Source: Eledone cirrhosa (Eukaryota). Taken from it: a DNA stretch of 64,000 nt. Below are positions 59,286-64,000 of this stretch, piece after piece. Both the position numbers and the translations under genes were made by a program. The first letter of the stretch is position 1. Each line of letters opens with the position of its first letter. The notes under the pieces were generated by a model, which worked only from the letters and a program-made list of their open reading frames with translations, did not search any database and was not told the origin of the DNA. Where the stretch lies: assembly GCA_964016885.1 (NCBI GenBank), contig OZ024745.1:132990001-133054000 (forward strand), given 5' to 3'.

Positions 59286-60658
59286 ATAGGACTGGGGTCC
59301 CTGTCATTAAAATCACCCAAGACACCTCCAACGAGATATACCATGGAGGAGGCCAGCTAAACCTGCATAGGTGTGAGCTGTCACACACACACACCCGATC
59401 GACACTAATCATAGTAATTCAGCATAATTCACCATAACGAAACATACGTGTTAATCTTTCTAAATGTCTGCAAGGAAATAACCATTGAGCCCTGTCTTCT
59501 AGTATAGTCGCATTGAAATAATTATACCAATAAACTAAATGAACATACGTGACTTGATATTTAACTTGAATGATAGAGCTGAATTGTTTCATTGCTGTTT
59601 TATAAAGAAATAACATTTATATGTTTTGGCTCGCTGTGTGGCTCTCATATCGTATATCCCTATTGATGTTTGTGATAGAAAACCTTTGATAAAATCATAA
59701 ATGTACGAAACTTGACGTACAAAAATAGCAAAAATAGTTTTAGCACTTAATAGCATTTAATTATTTCAGACTTTTACACATGCCTTATATTATGAAACAT
59801 TATCGTACCACCATTTTTTTAGTTGAAAGCTAAATGTTTTCCAAGATGTGTTACCCTTCGCCTACCAACATAAACTTTATGAAGTGAAAATAGGATATCA
59901 CTCGCATGAACTCCACGCATACAACGTGTGATGAACACTTGGATGAAAATATTTTATTTGATTTATATAGAATATTAAAATGTAAAGTTTAAATTATTTT
60001 AGATTTTAAGTTTTGCTGTAAAAGAGTTGAGGTGTGATTTGAATATAAAGCTACTTATTTTACTACTCGCTGTTAAATATTCTAAATGTTTCCGCAAATG
60101 TTCACATGCAATTTTGCAATGAGGTTTTCCTGTTTTGAAGGGAAAGAAATAGTTTTCGTAGGTTTCTATCTCTCAGTAATTACTTACCCATTTCTCCTAA
60201 TCTCTCTGCAAAGGTTATTTGAAATTTATGCATATTCCCCCATATTATTGAAATATGAGAGGCGGCAAGACAATGAAAATATTGAATCTGTTATGTAAAT
60301 AAAACTTTGGCAGAATTATAGAACAAACAAATTAATTTGTAGTCAAGTAATGCGTAAGACCGTTTGAAATTGCTTTTCAGAAGGGACGTTCAAATAATAT
60401 ATATGCCTTGGGGAAGAAATAAAATATCAGCGGCCCAATTAACCTTTTACCGGTTTGAATGAAAACAACTCAATACGAAGTCTGAATGTCTGGACTACTC
60501 TATCTCGTGTGTATAGAATGGTGTAAATAATCGATACAAAAGTCATTGACTGCTATATATAAATGGCTACAGATGGTATTCACAAATAATTATACGGCAA
60601 CATACATGAACACCACACATATATAAACACAGACACACACTCACTTGTATGTACATGA

Positions 60659-60736
<78 letters not shown>

Positions 60737-61103
60737 AGAGAGAATGAGGTGGGGGTGCACAGCGGATTTATATGAAGAAAACACAGGGCCAATCGGGGAA
60801 TAGTGTTTTGAGGATGATATCACCTTTCTTGTTTAATCGTGTTATATGGTAGCCAGATGCACATATATATATTGTGAGTGTTACACAAAAACCTCAAGGC
60901 TACAATTTAATGAAAAATAAATCTCTCATCATTTTGATAGAACGTAGCACCAAACACAATATTAAACACTTATCTCTCACAATTTTTATTGTAATTACTC
61001 ATTAAATTTTCATAATTTATTGGCAAACAATTTTAATCATAAAGAATAAGTTACTGAATTATGCCTGCGGATAATAAATTACTGTACAAGAGCATAGAGA
61101 CGA

Positions 61104-61164
<61 letters not shown>

Positions 61165-61394
61165 TATAGATAGGTAAATATACACGGGTGTGTATGATTG
61201 TGTATAGAAGATTATATTAATAAGAGGAATTCCAACTTTGTCTGATTTACTCGTTTTATTTACAATCCTTTAAAATATATATAATATGGTATTATAATGA
61301 AATAGTATGATAGAATATTAAATTCTAAGTGTTAATTGAACAAGTACTTTCATGCTTTCGCAATCTTCAGGTTCATGATATGTGGTGACAGTCG

Positions 61395-61463
<69 letters not shown>

Positions 61464-61467
<4 letters not shown>

Positions 61468-61830
61468 GATATATTAACAAATGGAAACTATATTTATAAA
61501 ACCATATTTATTTCATTATACATATTTCAAGGACACATAAAATATAATATAGAGCAGTATTATAAATAAATATTGACATACCCGTAAAGAATGCGACCAT
61601 TACTGTTGGAAGCTCCCAACAGTAATGGTCGCATTCTTTAAGGGTATGTCAATATTTTTTTATAAAACTGCTCTATATTATATTTTATCTGATGAAAGCA
61701 CACCATAATTTAACTTGGTGTCCTTGAAATATGTATAATGAAATAAATATGGTTTTATAAATATAGTTTCCATTTGTTAATATATCGTATTTTTACTCCA
61801 ATAATTTGTTGAGTGCTTTATATCAGTTAT
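61464..61830. mobile_element. Fold-back element (arms 61464-61609 / 61616-61790) plus 3' extension, family D
   Basis: The arms are reverse complements except for 29 nt (61689-61717) missing from the left arm. The element abuts (TA)n. Confidence 0.82.
61681..61745 (+). ncRNA. Type-I hammerhead ribozyme motif, family D
   Basis: Stem I TATTTTAT/ATGAAATA (one GU); CTGATGA; stem II AAG.ACACC/GGTGT.CTT; GAAA; quasi-palindromic stem III TATGTA; AUA site, predicted cut after 61737. Confidence 0.78.
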
Positions 61831-61936
61831 AAAAATATCTGCTTGTTGTATCCCAACAATTTAAATATAACTTCTACATATATATATATATATATTTCTG
61901 GCAATATTATTACAACAATATGAGCCTCCCCAAGTA

Positions 61937-61980
<44 letters not shown>

Positions 61981-62855
61981 GAAGGATATACAATTATTGT
62001 CAAGAGAAGTGGCAGAATGAAAGAATGAAACTGCGTTGTTATTACTGTATATAAATATTTAAACATATTTTTTTTAGACTTTCATTCAAAGGTATCTCCG
62101 ATATTCTAGGAATTGACACCTAGCATCAGTCCATCGGAACGTACACAACTCTCGTTTAAAACACGTATCGCTGGAAAAACGAAAATTCAGATTGACGATC
62201 ATAGATTCATATAAAGGCACTTACATTTACATGTTCTGAAAAAATCTTGATATAATTATTTCAACGTAACTTAGATTTAAAGATTTCGACATAAATGTCT
62301 AGCAGTTTCCCGAATAGGAAGACATAGTTGTCCAAATGACACCGTTTCAATAAGAATAAAAACCCATAAACAATACAGACTTCCAAAGGATTGGAGAGAA
62401 AGGAGAGTTGAAATGAGATGCAGAATACTTTACTACAGAAGATACATATTTATATTTTATATGACTTCTTCAGGACTCTTCATTTGTATGGACAGTACTT
62501 GGATTACCTAAAATACTACTGTATTTTAAACACATACACATGAATACACGCACCAATATATATATATATATATATATATGGGGGGGGGCGTCTGTGTGTG
62601 TGTGTTAGGTAGTTCGGAAGAAAAAGCAAATGAAAAAAGAGTGCCCTATGTATAGAACAGAGCTATTTAATTAGAAATTGAACAACACAAAATATAACTA
62701 CTCCATTACCAAAGGTTTCTGGATCACAGACGATATTAATATACGTCTGGGTCGGTCGTCAGACATAGATGTTATAGATAAAAGATAAGAAATGAGATTT
62801 AAAATCTGTGAAGCTGGAAAAATAACGGGAAATATACATAAGAATAGAAGGATAA

Positions 62856-63028
<173 letters not shown>

Positions 63029-63439
63029 ACAGAGAAAGTAAGAGAGAAAGAAAGAGAGAGAGAGAGATTCCAAAAGTCATCGAATTTATTTCAGTGACCT
63101 CTGGCCATAGCTGACACGCTCAATGAGATAACAAGTGGGCAGTTGATTGGCTGTTCGTTGCATTAAATGGGGGACACATAGTTAATTGGTGAGTTTTATG
63201 GCAGTGTTCAAGTATTTGTTACACTGAATCGATCTCCTTGAGAAGTAGAATATTTAATCTGAAACAATGTGAGATATGTGATAAATTATAAGAAGTTCAG
63301 GAAACCGCTGCAATGTGTGTATCTATCTATATGATACTAAAAGTCTGTGGTTGCTTGCTTGTCTGTAATGTAATGCAGCCAAAAGAGGCGCATAATGGGG
63401 AGATACTTTGAAAGAAAGTTGACATATAGATATGTATAC

Positions 63440-63605
63440 AGACACACACATTTATATATATATAGACATACACACACGTATATATATGGGCCTTCCGGTT
63501 TCATTTCACATTATATACATGTCTGTGTATATTTTAATTATTTAAAAATTATTTTGAAGTGAACATAATTTTGAAAAATATTTTGAAGTGAAGGTGGTGG
63601 TCTAG
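63440..63605 (+). mobile_element. Second Helitron-like 3' end, hairpin lost
   Basis: Shares CACACGTATATATATGGGCC...GTTTCATTTCACATTATATACATGTCTGTGTATATTTTA with 57290-57470 and ends in CTAG. Confidence 0.55.
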
Positions 63606-64000
63606 TAGATATATAAAGGTGGTTTTGGGATACAGAATAACAATCAAATCAAAACAGGATAATTAGTTTTACCCAATATATATCAGCATAATAATTTATG
63701 GTTAATACCTTCTTTTCAAATGGAGAAACGATGCGTTCTGTTCCAATGGACCTTTAATATTTTGTGTATATTGGATTACGCATTTATGGAATAATGTTAA
63801 AAGCCACTCTGCCCCAAGTTCATTAGGTTGTTTTTTTTGTTCATATTTAATGTTTCATTAACCTCTCCACACATGTATGCATGCAGACATGCATACATAA
63901 CTACCTAATTGATGTTGTGTAAATTCCAATGAGAGACCCTTGTATGTTAGAAACCGACTCTCTATTGATAAAAAATTGTGAAATTATAAAACCAGAACAT

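Overview
AT-rich, microsatellite-dense eukaryotic DNA. It is most likely from an octopus/cephalopod, inferred from a recurring tRNA-derived SINE that resembles the octopus OR/OK-type consensus as I recall it. I find no intact host gene. The coding content is transposon-derived: two long Penelope-like elements (PLEs; RT with YRDD plus C-terminal GIY-YIG), three further PLE remnants, an R4/Dong-like non-LTR 3' half, two CRE-like and one RTE-like 3' remnants, mariner and Tc1 fragments, a probable LINE ORF1 piece, Helitron-like 3' ends and about nine SINEs. The main hidden signal is RNA structure. At least four sequence-unrelated families of minimal type-I hammerhead ribozyme (HHR) motifs can be folded by eye, plus a fifth with poor stem I and two families of 3' half-hammerheads. 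They sit in PLE terminal repeats and in small non-coding tandem or fold-back elements embedded in (TA)n. Examples are a 521-nt HHR-to-HHR tandem (retrozyme-like) and palindromes carrying an HHR on each strand. Several share unusual core features and a common TTGAGTRC motif about 35-47 nt from the element end. All folds and family assignments are by inspection; no search or folding software was run.
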